Source: the human T2T-CHM13v2.0 reference genome, Homo sapiens
Direction: 5' to 3' (one strand)
DNA: 64,000 bases
Assembly (NCBI RefSeq): GCF_009914755.1
Contig: NC_060932.1
This document shows positions 14,238 through 25,897 of this stretch, piece after piece. Position numbers and translations under genes: made by a program. Below the pieces are notes generated by a model. It ran no database searches and had not been told where the DNA came from. It saw nothing but the letters and a program-made list of their open reading frames with translations. How positions within the stretch are numbered: position 1 is the first letter of the stretch; the number at the start of each line of letters is the position of its first letter.

Positions 14238-14456
14238 CTGCTGCTGGTGGCCACAGGCTGGCACCAGGGCCCTGGACTTTAGAAGCCGTTGCTGCCCTCT
14301 CTGTCACCTGAAGCGGGGCCCTCTCCCATCCCACCCTTGCCCCGCCTCCCTGCCCCCACCGGGCCGGCCCTGCCCGCCGCCGGACCCTGGCATGTCAAGA
14401 CCTGGTCCGCGCCTGCCTGCCCAGCCCGCGGAACCCCGGCGGCCCCGCGAGCTAGG
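14238..14456 (+). other. ADGRB1: 5' UTR part of exon 2
   Basis: Polypyrimidine tract and acceptor ctctttctcttccag| ending at 14237. Confidence 0.85.
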
Positions 14457-14460
14457 ATGA
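14392..14460 (+). other. uORF, 22 aa ([22 protein letters not shown]); stop overlaps main ATG (ATGA)
   Basis: Only ATG in the inferred spliced leader; TGA at 14458-14460, main ATG at 14457-14459. Confidence 0.7.
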
Positions 14461-15240
14461 GGGGCCAGGCCGCCGCCCCGGGCCCCGTCTGGATCCTCGC
14501 CCCGCTGCTACTGCTGCTGCTGCTGCTGGGACGCCGCGCGCGGGCGGCCGCCGGAGCAGACGCGGGGCCCGGGCCCGAGCCGTGCGCCACGCTGGTGCAG
14601 GGAAAGTTCTTCGGCTACTTCTCCGCGGCCGCCGTGTTCCCGGCCAACGCCTCGCGCTGCTCCTGGACGCTACGCAACCCGGACCCGCGGCGCTACACTC
14701 TCTACATGAAGGTGGCCAAGGCGCCCGTGCCCTGCAGCGGCCCCGGCCGCGTGCGCACCTACCAGTTCGACTCCTTCCTCGAGTCCACGCGCACCTACCT
14801 GGGCGTGGAGAGCTTCGACGAGGTGCTGCGGCTCTGCGACCCCTCCGCACCCCTGGCCTTCCTGCAGGCCAGCAAGCAGTTCCTGCAGATGCGGCGCCAG
14901 CAGCCGCCCCAGCACGACGGGCTCCGGCCCCGGGCCGGGCCGCCGGGCCCCACCGACGACTTCTCCGTGGAGTACCTGGTGGTGGGGAACCGCAACCCCA
15001 GCCGTGCCGCCTGCCAGATGCTGTGCCGCTGGCTGGACGCGTGTCTGGCCGGTAGTCGCAGCTCGCACCCCTGCGGGATCATGCAGACCCCCTGCGCCTG
15101 CCTGGGCGGCGAGGCGGGCGGCCCTGCCGCGGGACCCCTGGCCCCCCGCGGGGATGTCTGCTTGAGAGATGCGGTGGCTGGTGGCCCTGAAAACTGCCTC
15201 ACCAGCCTGACCCAGGACCGGGGCGGGCACGGCGCCACAG
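14457..15240 (+). CDS. ADGRB1: Exon 2 coding part: signal peptide (poly-Leu CTG run), N-terminal domain, RGD at codons 231-233
   Basis: [30 protein letters not shown]...PRGDVC is the BAI1 N-terminus; 784 nt; donor CAG|GTGAGT; exon is CpG-rich. Confidence 0.97.
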
Positions 15241-16504
15241 GTGAGTGACTGGCGGGGAAACCTTCGGACAGGGGAGGTGGGCAGACAGGGGAGGCGGGCA
15301 GACAGGGGAGGCGGGCGGATGGGGGAAGTGGGCGGACAGAGGAGGTGGGCGGGCAGGCGGAGGTGGGTGGGTAGGGGAGGTGGACCGGGGTCTTCTTCCG
15401 CAGGGCTGCCCTGCTAGCACCGCTGTCTGGAGAGTGTGTACCCTGGCACCCTCCCAGGCGCCTGCTCCATCCACCCGTGCACAGAGTAAGAGTGAAGGTC
15501 ACTGCAGGTGTGCAGGGCCAGCCCGGGCACACGGCGGGTGCTGGTTGAGCATTGAAGGCCTAATTCCCTCCAGGATGGGAAAGGGTCATCCTCCTGGCTG
15601 GGAGAGGGCCCGCCCTTTCTCTCCGGCAGGACAACTTTAATGGGCCAGAGGCTGCAGCGGCCTGGGGCTGGGGACTGCAGGAGCCTCTGGGGCTGGATGA
15701 TGGTCCTGGGGACTCGGGCTGCGTGGAAGGGTCGGCAGGTGGGCTCTGTGGAGACGTGGTCAGATGAGGTTTCGGGTTGAGTATGCTCTCGGTGGATGAA
15801 TCACCTCTGCCACACGCTCTAGGTGCTGGGGCCACGGCTGCAGCAGTGAAAACCCTCCAGAGCCCTGCTCTCAGGCAGCTGCGTAAGGGAGAGAGGAAGG
15901 CCCTAAGCACGAAGACACGAGCAGCCAGGCCTCAGGCAGCAATGAGAGCCTTGCACTAGAACCGGGCAGGGCTGGCCCCTCATGGCAGGGTTGCCATTGT
16001 ACCTGGAGGTCAGGGAGGCTGCGAGGACGAGGGACCTTGTTCAAAGCTCTGCGAGAGGTGGGGGAACCTCATGCCAGGAAGAGAGAACGGCAAGTGGCGA
16101 GTCCTGGGTGGCTTTGTGCCCGGAGAGCACAGAGGGGCAGGGGCCAGTCCTGTGGGGCTGCCAGCCTCTGGGACACTGGCTTTTCCTGCTCATGAGACAG
16201 GAGCGTGCGCAGGAGCAGCGTCCTCGGGGTAGAGCCCTGTGGAGGCCCCGTGGGCCTCAGTGCAGGAGATGGGTCCCGTACACACCTAGGGCATGGAGAC
16301 CCCTTGCTGACGGGTGACGTGCAAGAAAGAGAAGGAAGCCCAGGGTTTTGGTGTTAGCATCTGGGAAGATTGGGGGATTGGAGGGGTTTGAGTTTGCAAT
16401 GCCAGGCAGGGGCTGACTGCATACATCGGGTGTTCGGGGGTGAGGCTGGGCTGTATACTCAAGGCTGGAGGGCCATCTTGGGGCAATGGGACCCTTAGGG
16501 GTAC

Positions 16505-16670
16505 CCAGGGGCCTTGACTTTTCTGGGGCCAGTGAAGCCTATGGACTCCTCAGAATTTTGTGTTTAAAGGCACAAAATAGGCTACGCAGGGCTACAGAGG
16601 AAGCCATTTATGCTGGAGCATGGTTCTACCCACAACACGGGGCCATGGATCCCAGATAAGAAGCCTCTGT
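16505..16670. mobile_element. Degenerate hAT-Charlie-like DNA transposon fragment
   Basis: gtgaagcctatggactcctcagaatttt...aaaatagg...acagaggaagccatttat resembles Charlie-family consensus from memory. Confidence 0.4.
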
Positions 16671-18304
16671 GAGGCCGTGAGTGGGGCTAGAGAGGGGCCA
16701 GAGGAAGGAGGGACAGGCGTGAGGCTTGGCCCAGCCCTCCAGTGGCCCGAGGAGGAGGGAGGCAGCGCCCCTGGGCAGTGGGGGGCCAGGAAGCCAAGTG
16801 GTCATGCTGTGTCAGGACAGGTGGGCACCTCAGCTGCGTCAGGTGCCGCCAGCGGCTGGGTGGGAGGGGCTGAGGACCAAGCCCCCACCAGGCAGAGTGG
16901 AGGTCACTGTGGCCTTGGTGAGGGCGGCTTCTGTGGTGTGGCAGGGATGAGTGTCAGGGGGACTGGGGAGAGAACGAAGTAGATATGGAGGGCTCTTTCA
17001 GGGAGTAGAGATGGGGTGGTGGACGGTTTGGGAGGTGGGAGGCTGCAGGAGGACTGGGCCCAGCGGTCACAGGCACACCTGGCCGTGCATCTTGGTCTGC
17101 CACTCCTGGTCACTTCACCCCTCAGAGCCTTGGTTCCTTCCTTGGCAGAATACCAACTCCTTTGCAGAGCGTTTTCCTCCAGTTGATGGGTCTCAGGGGC
17201 CCGGCCCAAGATTACACCCACTACTGAAGAGCTGGTCGTTAGCAGCATCAGGGGGCAGCAGCTCTGCCATTCCTAATAGTGCTCGGAACAGCGTGGAGCT
17301 TGTTGGAAAGAGCTGGCGGGACAGACGCATGTGACGCGTGGAGAGGCTGGGGCACTGTGTGACGTGGGTGTCGGAGGGAGCGCTGAGCTTCACTCCCCAC
17401 TGGGCACCTACTGAGTGCAGGCACCCTATGGTGTAAGGTGGTCGGGCCTCCCGTGGGAGATCCCACGTTATCTTGGGAACCCAAGGGCCTTAGCAGGGCT
17501 TTGGGCAGAAGAGCCAGATGGTTGGGCTGTGAGTGCAGAAGAGATGTCAGCCCTGAGGGGAAGCCTGGGACGGGCTGGCAGCCGGTGCCGGCATTCAGGA
17601 GGGGACTGCCACTGGCCTGGTCAGGACGCTGCAGCAGCAGTGGGAGGGAAGAGGAGGGCCTTGGGGTGCAGCTGATGATCGACTTACTGATGAAAGGATG
17701 TGGACATGGGCAGGGAACCCCTCCCAGGTGTCCCGCCAGAAATGAGGATGTCAGCTGAGTTGAGGAAGTGGGGCTGGGGGTTGCAGAGGAGAAGAAGATC
17801 TGGAGGTCAGAGTGGGACTTGAGTGTGAGCTGCCTGTGAGGTAGCCAGCTGGCAGTGTCATGTGAACAGGCAGCTCTGACAACTGGAGCACCAGGACAGG
17901 GCCAGGGTGGGGCAATGGATGCTTGAAAATAGCTTCTGAGCCACTTTTGCAGAGCCCCAGGGCCTGGGTTCAAATCCCAGCCTGACCCGGCTTGCCGTAT
18001 GTCCCTGGGCCAATTCCATCAGGTCTCTCATCCCCTCAGGCCCCTCATCTTTAAAACAGGAAGGGTAAAAATATCTTGTTTCTTAGATTGCCCTGATGAA
18101 TGAGAACTGGGGTGAAGTGTTTCTAAGCAGAAGCGATGTTGACGATGAAATATCAATATGCTCGCGTATTCTTAGGCAGGGAGACTCTAGAGGGCTCAGG
18201 GAGCAGAGACAGACTGGAGGCAGGGATATTCGAGCAGCTTGAGGTGTGCACGGAGATTCTGAGAAAGGGAATGTTTGGAGGTGGTGCTCAGAAAGAGGTG
18301 GGAG

Positions 18305-18550
18305 GATGTGTGTTCACGCATGCATTCATGCAAGTGTGTTGTGTGTGCGTGTTCATGCATGTGCGTGTGCAAGTGTGGCATGTGCACGTTTGCATGCATG
18401 GCATACATGTGTGCATATGTGCTCATGCATATATGTGGTGTGGGTGCCCCCATGTAAGTGTGGGTGCGTGTGTGTGTGTGTGTGCGTGTGCAGTACATTA
18501 CTCATGTGCGTGTGTGTGTGACATGCATGCACGGTGTGAATGTATGTATC
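18305..18550 (+). repeat. TG-rich degenerate microsatellite
   Basis: tgtgtgcatg runs. Confidence 0.85.
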
Positions 18551-18889
18551 CAGGCTGGGCTCTGTGCAGCGATTTTTGACAGAACACAGGTAAAGGCTGT
18601 GGGGCAGGGGCCGTTGGTCTTGTGGAAAGACGGCTAGAGGGCATATTGACTCGGCTGCTGGCAACATGAAGCAGGGAGCTTGTCATCTTGTGCAGGATGG
18701 GGTGGAATGTCGTCTCCTAGGCCCAGAGACAGTTCGGACCCTAGTGCCCACGCTCTGTGCCCAGAAGGCCCTGATGCTTCCAGGACCACAGCAGCAAAAG
18801 TGATCTCAGTAGTAATAGTCATTTATTGAGTGTTTACTTTGTGCCAGAGGCACCTGCACGGGAGATAGGCTCCTGTGGAGGCACGCTCT

Positions 18890-19240
18890 GCCTCAGGGCC
18901 TTCACACAGCTGTTCCCTCTGCCAGGAAGTCTTCCCTAGAGACCCGCAGGGCTCCCGCCTTCCAGTCCTCACGCACATGTGACCTTTCATTGCAGGCTAC
19001 CCTGACCGTCCTGTTGAAAATGGCAGCAGCTCTGGGCCCACTCTCTGACCCTTTATCCTGCCTCTGTCTCTGCACACATGTGTCACCTCTCAACACACTG
19101 CATAATTTCCCTTATTTGTTGTGTCCACTTCTGATTGTCCAGGCCAGGATGTAAGCAGCACAAAGCAGGCATTGCCAGTTCCCTGACGTGCCCCCCAACG
19201 TGTAGAACAGTACCTGGGAGCAGCAGGCACTCAGTCAGTC
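18890..19240 (+). mobile_element. Ancient L2 LINE 3' end fragment
   Basis: cagggccttcacacagctgttccctctgcc...tagaacagtacctgg...caggcactcagt resembles the L2 tail. Confidence 0.5.
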
Positions 19241-19384
19241 CAAGTTGGAGAAAACCAGGCACAGACATGTTAAGGCAGCAGCCAGGGCCACACAGCTTGT
19301 AAGTGGCAGGCTGATGGCAGAGCCCCTTGACGCTGCCATCGAGTGGTAACACTAGGGCGTCTGCAGTGAGCTCTGCTCAGAGCT

Positions 19385-20065
19385 GTGCGTGTGTGCATGT
19401 GTGTGCATGCGTGCATGTGTGTGAGTGTGTGTGCATGTGTGTGAATGTGTGCACATGTGCATGTGTGAATGTGTGTGCATATCTGTGAATGTGAATGTGT
19501 GCACACATGCATGTGTGTGAATGTGTGTGCACGTGCAGGTGAGTGAATGTGTGTGCACGCGTGCATGTGTGAATGTAAATGTGTGCACATGCATGTGTGT
19601 GAATGTGGGAGTGTCTATGTGCACGTGCATGTGTGTGAATGTGGGAGTGTGTATGTGCACATGCAGATGTGAATGTGAGTGTGTGCACGTGTGAATGAGT
19701 GTGTGCACGTGCGTGAATGTGTGTATGCACGTGCATGTGTGAGTGTGTATGCACGTGCATGTGTGAATGTGTGTGTATGCACGTGCATGTGTGAATGTGA
19801 GTGTATGCACGTGCATGTGTGTGAATGTGTGTGCATGTGTGCATGTGTGAATGTGTGTGTGCACGTGCATGTGTGTGTATGCACGTGCATGTGTGTATGT
19901 GCACGTGCGTGTGAACGCAAGTGCGTGTGTGTGCACGTGAATGTGTGTGAATGTGTGCGTGCCTGTGTGTGAATGTGAGTGCATGCACATGCATGTGTGT
20001 GAATGTGTGAGTGCCTGTGTGAATGTATGTGTGTATGTCTCTGTGTGTGCACGTGCGTGTGCGTG
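19385..20065 (+). repeat. Long TG-rich repeat (tgtgtgaatg/gcacgtgcat units)
   Basis: About 680 nt of near-continuous TG/GCAT. Confidence 0.92.
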
Positions 20066-20639
20066 GGGGGGATGGGGTGGCATGAGGACCAGAGAGGCAG
20101 GTGACCATTCAGAAGACACACAGCTGAGCAGAGGCAGAGTTGACCCCAGATCCTGCCAGCTGAGACCTGTGCCCAGGGAGCGTTGTGCCCTCGCTGTGGG
20201 ACCTGGGGACACTGGGACAGGCTTGTCCATCCGTCCATGTCCCTAGCAGGCAACACACAGCCAAGTGCAGGAGCAAGCAGGCAGCCCAGGCCAGCCCGTG
20301 GCCCATTTTCAGCCCTGCCCCCCGCACGGCCTGTCCAAGTGCCACATGGCCACGTCACGCGTCAGACTCTGCAAACACTCCTCAGGCCAAGCAACTGTTC
20401 CCCTCCACCTCGTGCTGCCCCACGCCCCACCGCCCCCCAGGCTGTCAGGCCCCTCTCCTGCCGGCTCTCTCTGGCTCTCATCACTTCCTCCCCACTGCCT
20501 CCCTTTGCATTTTTCCGCCTAGGGTGAGTGGGGCCGTTTCTCTCAAGGGTTGTTTTAAATATTCATGTTTTAATTAAAGAATTTTATTGCACGAGCGACA
20601 TGGAAGATCATGAAAAAGCAGCGTCCTGGGGCCTGGGAG

Positions 20640-20900
20640 CAAGTGTGTGTGTCCTCGTGTGTGTGTGTGTCCCTATGTGTCCCCGTGTGGTGTGTGTGGA
20701 GCCATTTTTTGCACAAGGAGGGACAGGGGAGCCACTCCTTTTGCACAAGGGCCAATTTAGTGTATGTGTCCCTGTGTGTGTGTCCCTCTGTGGTGTGTGT
20801 CCCTGTGTGTGTGTGTCCCTGCTTCCCTGTGTGTGGTCTGTGTGCCTGTGTGTCCTCGAGTGTATATCCCTGTGTGTCCCTGTGTGCGTCCTCTGTGTGC
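20640..20900 (+). repeat. TG/TGTCCC-rich low-complexity tract
   Basis: gtgtgtgtccctgtgtg units. Confidence 0.8.
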
Positions 20901-22950
20901 CCACAGGGAGTGGGTATGGGAGGCTGGGCTGGAACTGGGTGTGGAGTGTGAACCCACACATTCCGTTGGGCTCCTGGATCCTGCAGGGGTGTGGGAGGCT
21001 TACTGCTGGCCGAGGGGCTGTGACCGGCCACGGAGATGGGGTGACCTCCCCCTCCCTGCCCTGCCTCCAGGGTGAGTCAGGCTCAGCCCAGGCCCACCTG
21101 CCCAGTGACCCCACACTCACTCTGGAGGCTGTTGGAGACACAGTCAGGCTCAGCCCCAACCCCAGGAGCCCCGGAAGTCCTGGGAAGAGGCATCTGGAGG
21201 CCTGTCTGGGGTGTGCAGGGGCAGAGGGAGCGGCAAAGCCTGGGCTGGAATTTGGAGAGGAGTCAGGATTGGAGTGGAGTTTGGGACTCCAGGTAGTCTC
21301 ATGGTGACAGGGAGCACCGAGGGGCTTGGGAAGGTGCCAAGGTCTCCACTGTCAGGGGTTTCTGGCTTGGACAGGAGAGCCACTCTTTTTGCACAAGGGC
21401 CAATTTAGAAAAATCTAGAAAACAAGAAGGCTTCAGTCCCCATCACAGACAACACCCATTTCAGATGGGGATGGCAGGATGGGGCCCCATGGGAATGATA
21501 TGCTGGGCCCACCATGCCTTCAGCCCTTCACCTCCTCCGCTCAGAGCCAGAACGCACCCCACGCCCGCCTGGCTGCGAGAGAGGCTGAGAATCAGGGCAC
21601 TGTATTTTGGTTCCACTTCCCAGAAAGATGGGGAGAAAGGACATGGAGCTGGCAGCAGACAACCGGGGTCGGGGCCCGGGCGGTGGGCAGAGACTTGTCC
21701 AAGGTCTCCGGGATGGGCCCTGGGCTTTCAGGCTTGTAAACAGGGCACCATTCTCAGGCCAAGGAGCACCTGCCTGATCAAGAAAAGGAAGCAACAAGAC
21801 TCGGCCAGCTCAGGGAGCCTCAGTTTCCCTCCTGAGAGTTAGAGACGGGACAGTACCTGCTAGCAGGGCCTACGTGAGGCTTTAAGGAGATGGAGGCTTG
21901 ACAGGTTTCGGGGAGCCCCGCTGCCCCACGAGGCTCCTCGCTCTTAGCTCACCTGGGAAGTGGCCTGCCGGATGGTGGACTTGGCTTCTCAGCCCCATCC
22001 TGAGATCTGCTGGTGCCCGCCTCTGTGGCGGGAGGAAGGGGGACCAGCCACTTGGGCACCTCCAGTAGGAGCGGCTGGCAGCAGGTGGGCTAAGTCAGGC
22101 CACCAGGCGCCCCATCCACCCTCCGGGGCCCTCCCTTCCACGTCCGTGCAGGGGGCCCTGGTCTAGGTCTCAGAGGAGTCTGGGTGCCCCAGGACAAACC
22201 CTAACTTGGAGCCTGGGCTGGAGGTGGGGTCATCCCTCGGACACGCTGTGGGTGCCTGGGACCTGGTGGCAGAGCAGGGTGGGAATGGCAGAACTGACTG
22301 ACCCTCCAGCCCCGGTGCTGCCCGACCTGCTGGAGTCGGGAGACCTCTGCTGGCAACAGACAGAAGTGCACAGCTCTCCTCCAGAGAACAGCCCGGAAGC
22401 TAGGGAGGCCCAGCTGGAGGGAGGGACGCCCCCTGTGCTCCCCCGCACCCCCATCCCAGCCAACTCGGGGTGCGGGCTGTGGGGAGCTCACAGCCTCCAG
22501 TCTGGGGCGCCAGGGTGGGAAGGACACCAGGAGGCCTCTCACCAAGCACCCTCTCCCCTGGGTGGCCAGGCTGCCTGGGGCCGTTAATTGGCTCTATTCA
22601 TCCCCTTAATGAGATGGAAATGAGGCTTCCAGACAGAGCCGGCATTGAGTGGGGGAAGAAAGGCGGTTTCTTTCCGGTCCTGGAGGGGCGGCCCACCCCC
22701 CAGCCTGCTTGCTGCTCCTCTGCTGCCCTTCACTGTCCACCCAGCTCAGACACACTGTGGCCACCCAGCGAAGCGTGGCTTGAACACCTCTGCACCCTGC
22801 ACTGCGGACCCCAGGGGCTCCATCCTGGCATTGATACATTCACTAGACAAACATTTACTGAGTGTCAGCTAAGTGAGGGGACACACATCAAAAACAAAAC
22901 AAGAATAAAAATAGCAGCTACCATTTTCTCAGTGTTCATTAGTAGCAGGA

Positions 22951-23197
22951 GTGTGACCAAGATGGGGGATCAGTCTGTGGCTGGGATCAGGGCTCAGTAT
23001 ATAACAGGATCAGGAATTCTGTGCCCAAGATCAGAGGTCAGTCTGTGATAAGGATCAAGGCTCAATATGTGACCAGGGTCAGGAATCAGTGTGTGACTAG
23101 AATCGAGACTCAGTATGCGTCCAGGGTCAGCTTGTGACCTGGATCAGGGCTCAGCACGGGTCCAAAGTCAGGGTTCAGTATGTGACCAGGGTCAGGC
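22951..23197 (-). repeat. Degenerate inverted copy of the intron-11 minisatellite
   Basis: tgtgaccagggtcagg/gatcagggctcag is the reverse complement of ctgagccctga(c/t)cctggtcaca. Confidence 0.8.
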
Positions 23198-23398
23198 TTG
23201 GTTTGTGGGGGCAGGGTGATCCATCCTCTGGGCCAGTGTCCCGCCCCTCCGAAGCCTCTCCTGATGTGCCCCCGCCCTTTCTCCCCCTACCACATCCTCA
23301 CCACCTGGGTCACCAAGGTAACCAGCCCTGAAATGAGTGGGTGTTTTGGCAGCTGAGGCCTAACCTGGGTCTCTCCTGAAAGGCTGCGTGCTGCAGCA

Positions 23399-23412
23399 GT
23401 TGCCATGGGAAC
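23399..23412. promoter_or_regulatory. RFX X-box-like motif
   Basis: GTTGCCATGGGAAC vs palindromic consensus GTTGCCATGGCAAC (1 mismatch). Confidence 0.5.
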
Positions 23413-25735
23413 CGAGTGGCATCCTCCGATGAGCCTGGCTTGGACACCCTCTCTCTCCCGCCCACTGCCAGTTTCCACGTCACTCAGGCTTCCGCATGGG
23501 GGCTGGGCTGGGACGGCGAGGGGGGTGCCGCAGGACGTGCCACCCTGACCCATTGTCAGGCCCGCCCCTTAGGACCCCGTCTGTGCCTTTGCCTCAGAAT
23601 CGGGGTGGTGGGATGCCTTCAGCAGATGAGACCACTGAGGCCCGGAGCACCTGGGCCCCAGACAGTCCTGGCAGGAGGCCTTAGTCTGGGGGATGGGGGC
23701 GTTTGGAATCTGACCACCAGTTCAAGTCCAGGTTCCTCTCCTTGTCCTGAGTTAGGGCATGTGACAGGGCAGCCACGAAGGGCCTGTCACCTGTTCCTAT
23801 GCTGTGGGCAGGTGCCACCCTGTCCCGCCCTTGTGCCCTGGAGGCCGTGCTGAGTCCCCCACCTCTCCTGGCATGGCACGGGCTAAGCACGCTATGGAGG
23901 AGGCAGCTCAACTGCTGTGCACCCTCAGCCAGGTGCTCTCCTCTCTGGGACCTGTGGGAGTATGGCTCTGTGAGTGAAGGAAGAGGGTTCTGCAGCAGGT
24001 GTGGGGGCCTGGAAGACTCCTCCCACCCTATGGACCCCACCAGGGAGAAAATGAGGCCTCCCACAGCTGTGGTGGGTCAAGTCCCTCTCCTGGGTCTCAT
24101 CCCCATGCCCCTGGCACCCCCTGCTGGCCATTCCTGGCATAGGTGTGGGGAAGTGGGGCAGGGTGGGGGGCACTCTGGCTGGACACTGAGTTTGCTGAAA
24201 ATCAAAGTGGGGCCCCGGGAGTCAACTCTGACCCAAGTGACAATGCCACACGCCGTCCTCTCATATCCTTTTTTGCTGTTTGACTTCCCACTTGTCAGTC
24301 CTGGGAGGTCAGCCATTATCCTCATGTTGTAAATGATGGGAGTGAGGCCAGTGGGTGGTGGGGCCACTGGGGGAATCTGGCGGCTGGAGCTACCCTGGGG
24401 TCTCCTGCAGTCCACACTCCCACTGAGGGAGGCAGGGCCCCTTTCCTGAGGCTCCAAGAGGCCCTGGGGCCCTTCTGGTGGGTCGGGGTGGCCTGTGCTT
24501 GGCCTGATTGCTGCCCCTGGGGCCTCCCCTGCTGTACCTGGGATCGAGCTGCCGGATCCCCAGTGTTCCCCAGTGGCAGCGGCCCCAGCTCCATGGTGGG
24601 TCCCCTCGTGGTGGCCGCCAGCTGTCTCCTCGCCACCGTAGCCAGGAGCAGCACTTGGCAAGGGCTGCATGCCCTTTCCAAGTCGCCCGACCCTGCTGCA
24701 CAGGGTGTACATGAGCCCAGAGTGCTGGGCAGGAGGCCCGAGCGGGAGGCCTGGACGCGGCAGCCCCTTCCCGGCCCCCTGGTGCTGCTGCCCCTCTCTG
24801 GCCCACAGATGGCAGTGGCCCTCTCCTGCTTTGTGCTCCTCCATGGCTACCCAGTGCTCCAGGACCATGGGCACTCCAAGCAGCCCAAAGTGTTTTTGGC
24901 AGCACGAGGACCCCCCGGGAGCAGAGACTCCTGGGGCGTGAGGTCTGGTTTGCTAGGGGAACACAGGTCCATGAAGGCCGCGGGGACTGTCGGGGCAGGG
25001 ATGGAGAAAGACTCACTAGAGAAGCTGAACAGAGCGGCCGGGGTCAGGGCAGGGGCGTGGCGGGGAGGCGCCTGCAGGCATTTATCCCAGGCTCCCTCCT
25101 CGGGTGGCCAGCTGGCCAGGTCCAGGGCAGGCTCCGTCAGGCTGTGCCCTGGGTTCGAGGCCCTGGTTGGACACCAGGTGTGAGGCCTTGATCACCACTG
25201 GTATACCTGCGTGGGGTGAAGAAGCGGCTCCAGGTCACAGCTGGGGTGTGAAATGTGGAGCCCTGGTGATGAGGGTGGTGACCCTCCGCTGAGCCCATGA
25301 GGAAACTGAGGCTCTGATGAGCAGGGCCTGGCCAGAAACTGGACGGAGCCTGGAGAGGGCTTCCAGGCGTGCCAGGAACCAGAGCCTTGGAGGCCAGGCC
25401 CCTCTACCCTCTGCTTACCATCAGGACGCTGTGCTCTGAGGCAGCCCTCTGGTGGGCGGAGGTCGTCATCCCTTCATCATCCTGGCGGCAAACCTGCCCA
25501 GTGGCGGCTGGCACACGGGGACCCTTCAGGCTCAGACGTGACCTGAGCTCTCCAGAGGGGGCCCGGGAGCTGGGTAGACACCAGACCCCCAGGTCCTCCC
25601 AGGCCAGGCCTTCCCCGGCACTGCGGCCCCTCCCCACCCGGGCCGGCCTCGGCGGGCTTAGCACCCCCATGACTTACCCGTCCAGGCCACGAGCCCCTGC
25701 CCTGCCCTGATCCCCGCCCTCTGGTTTCCCCCCAG

Positions 25736-25897
25736 GCGGCTGGAAGCTGTGGTCCCTGTGGGGCGAATGCACGCGGGACTGCGGGGGAGGCCTCCAGACG
25801 CGGACGCGCACCTGCCTGCCCGCGCCGGGCGTGGAGGGCGGCGGCTGCGAGGGGGTGCTGGAGGAGGGTCGCCAGTGCAACCGCGAGGCCTGCGGCC
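25736..25897 (+). CDS. ADGRB1: Exon 3, TSR1
   Basis: [26 protein letters not shown]; cccag| and |gtgagt; 162 nt, phase 1-1. Confidence 0.96.

Noticed and set aside
14289-14456. In-frame 56-codon N-terminal extension from TTG
   Set aside because: Non-AUG start with no support; it would displace the signal peptide
19352-20358. His/Thr-rich ORFs, also at 46076-46881
   Set aside because: Translations of TG and GGAT simple repeats
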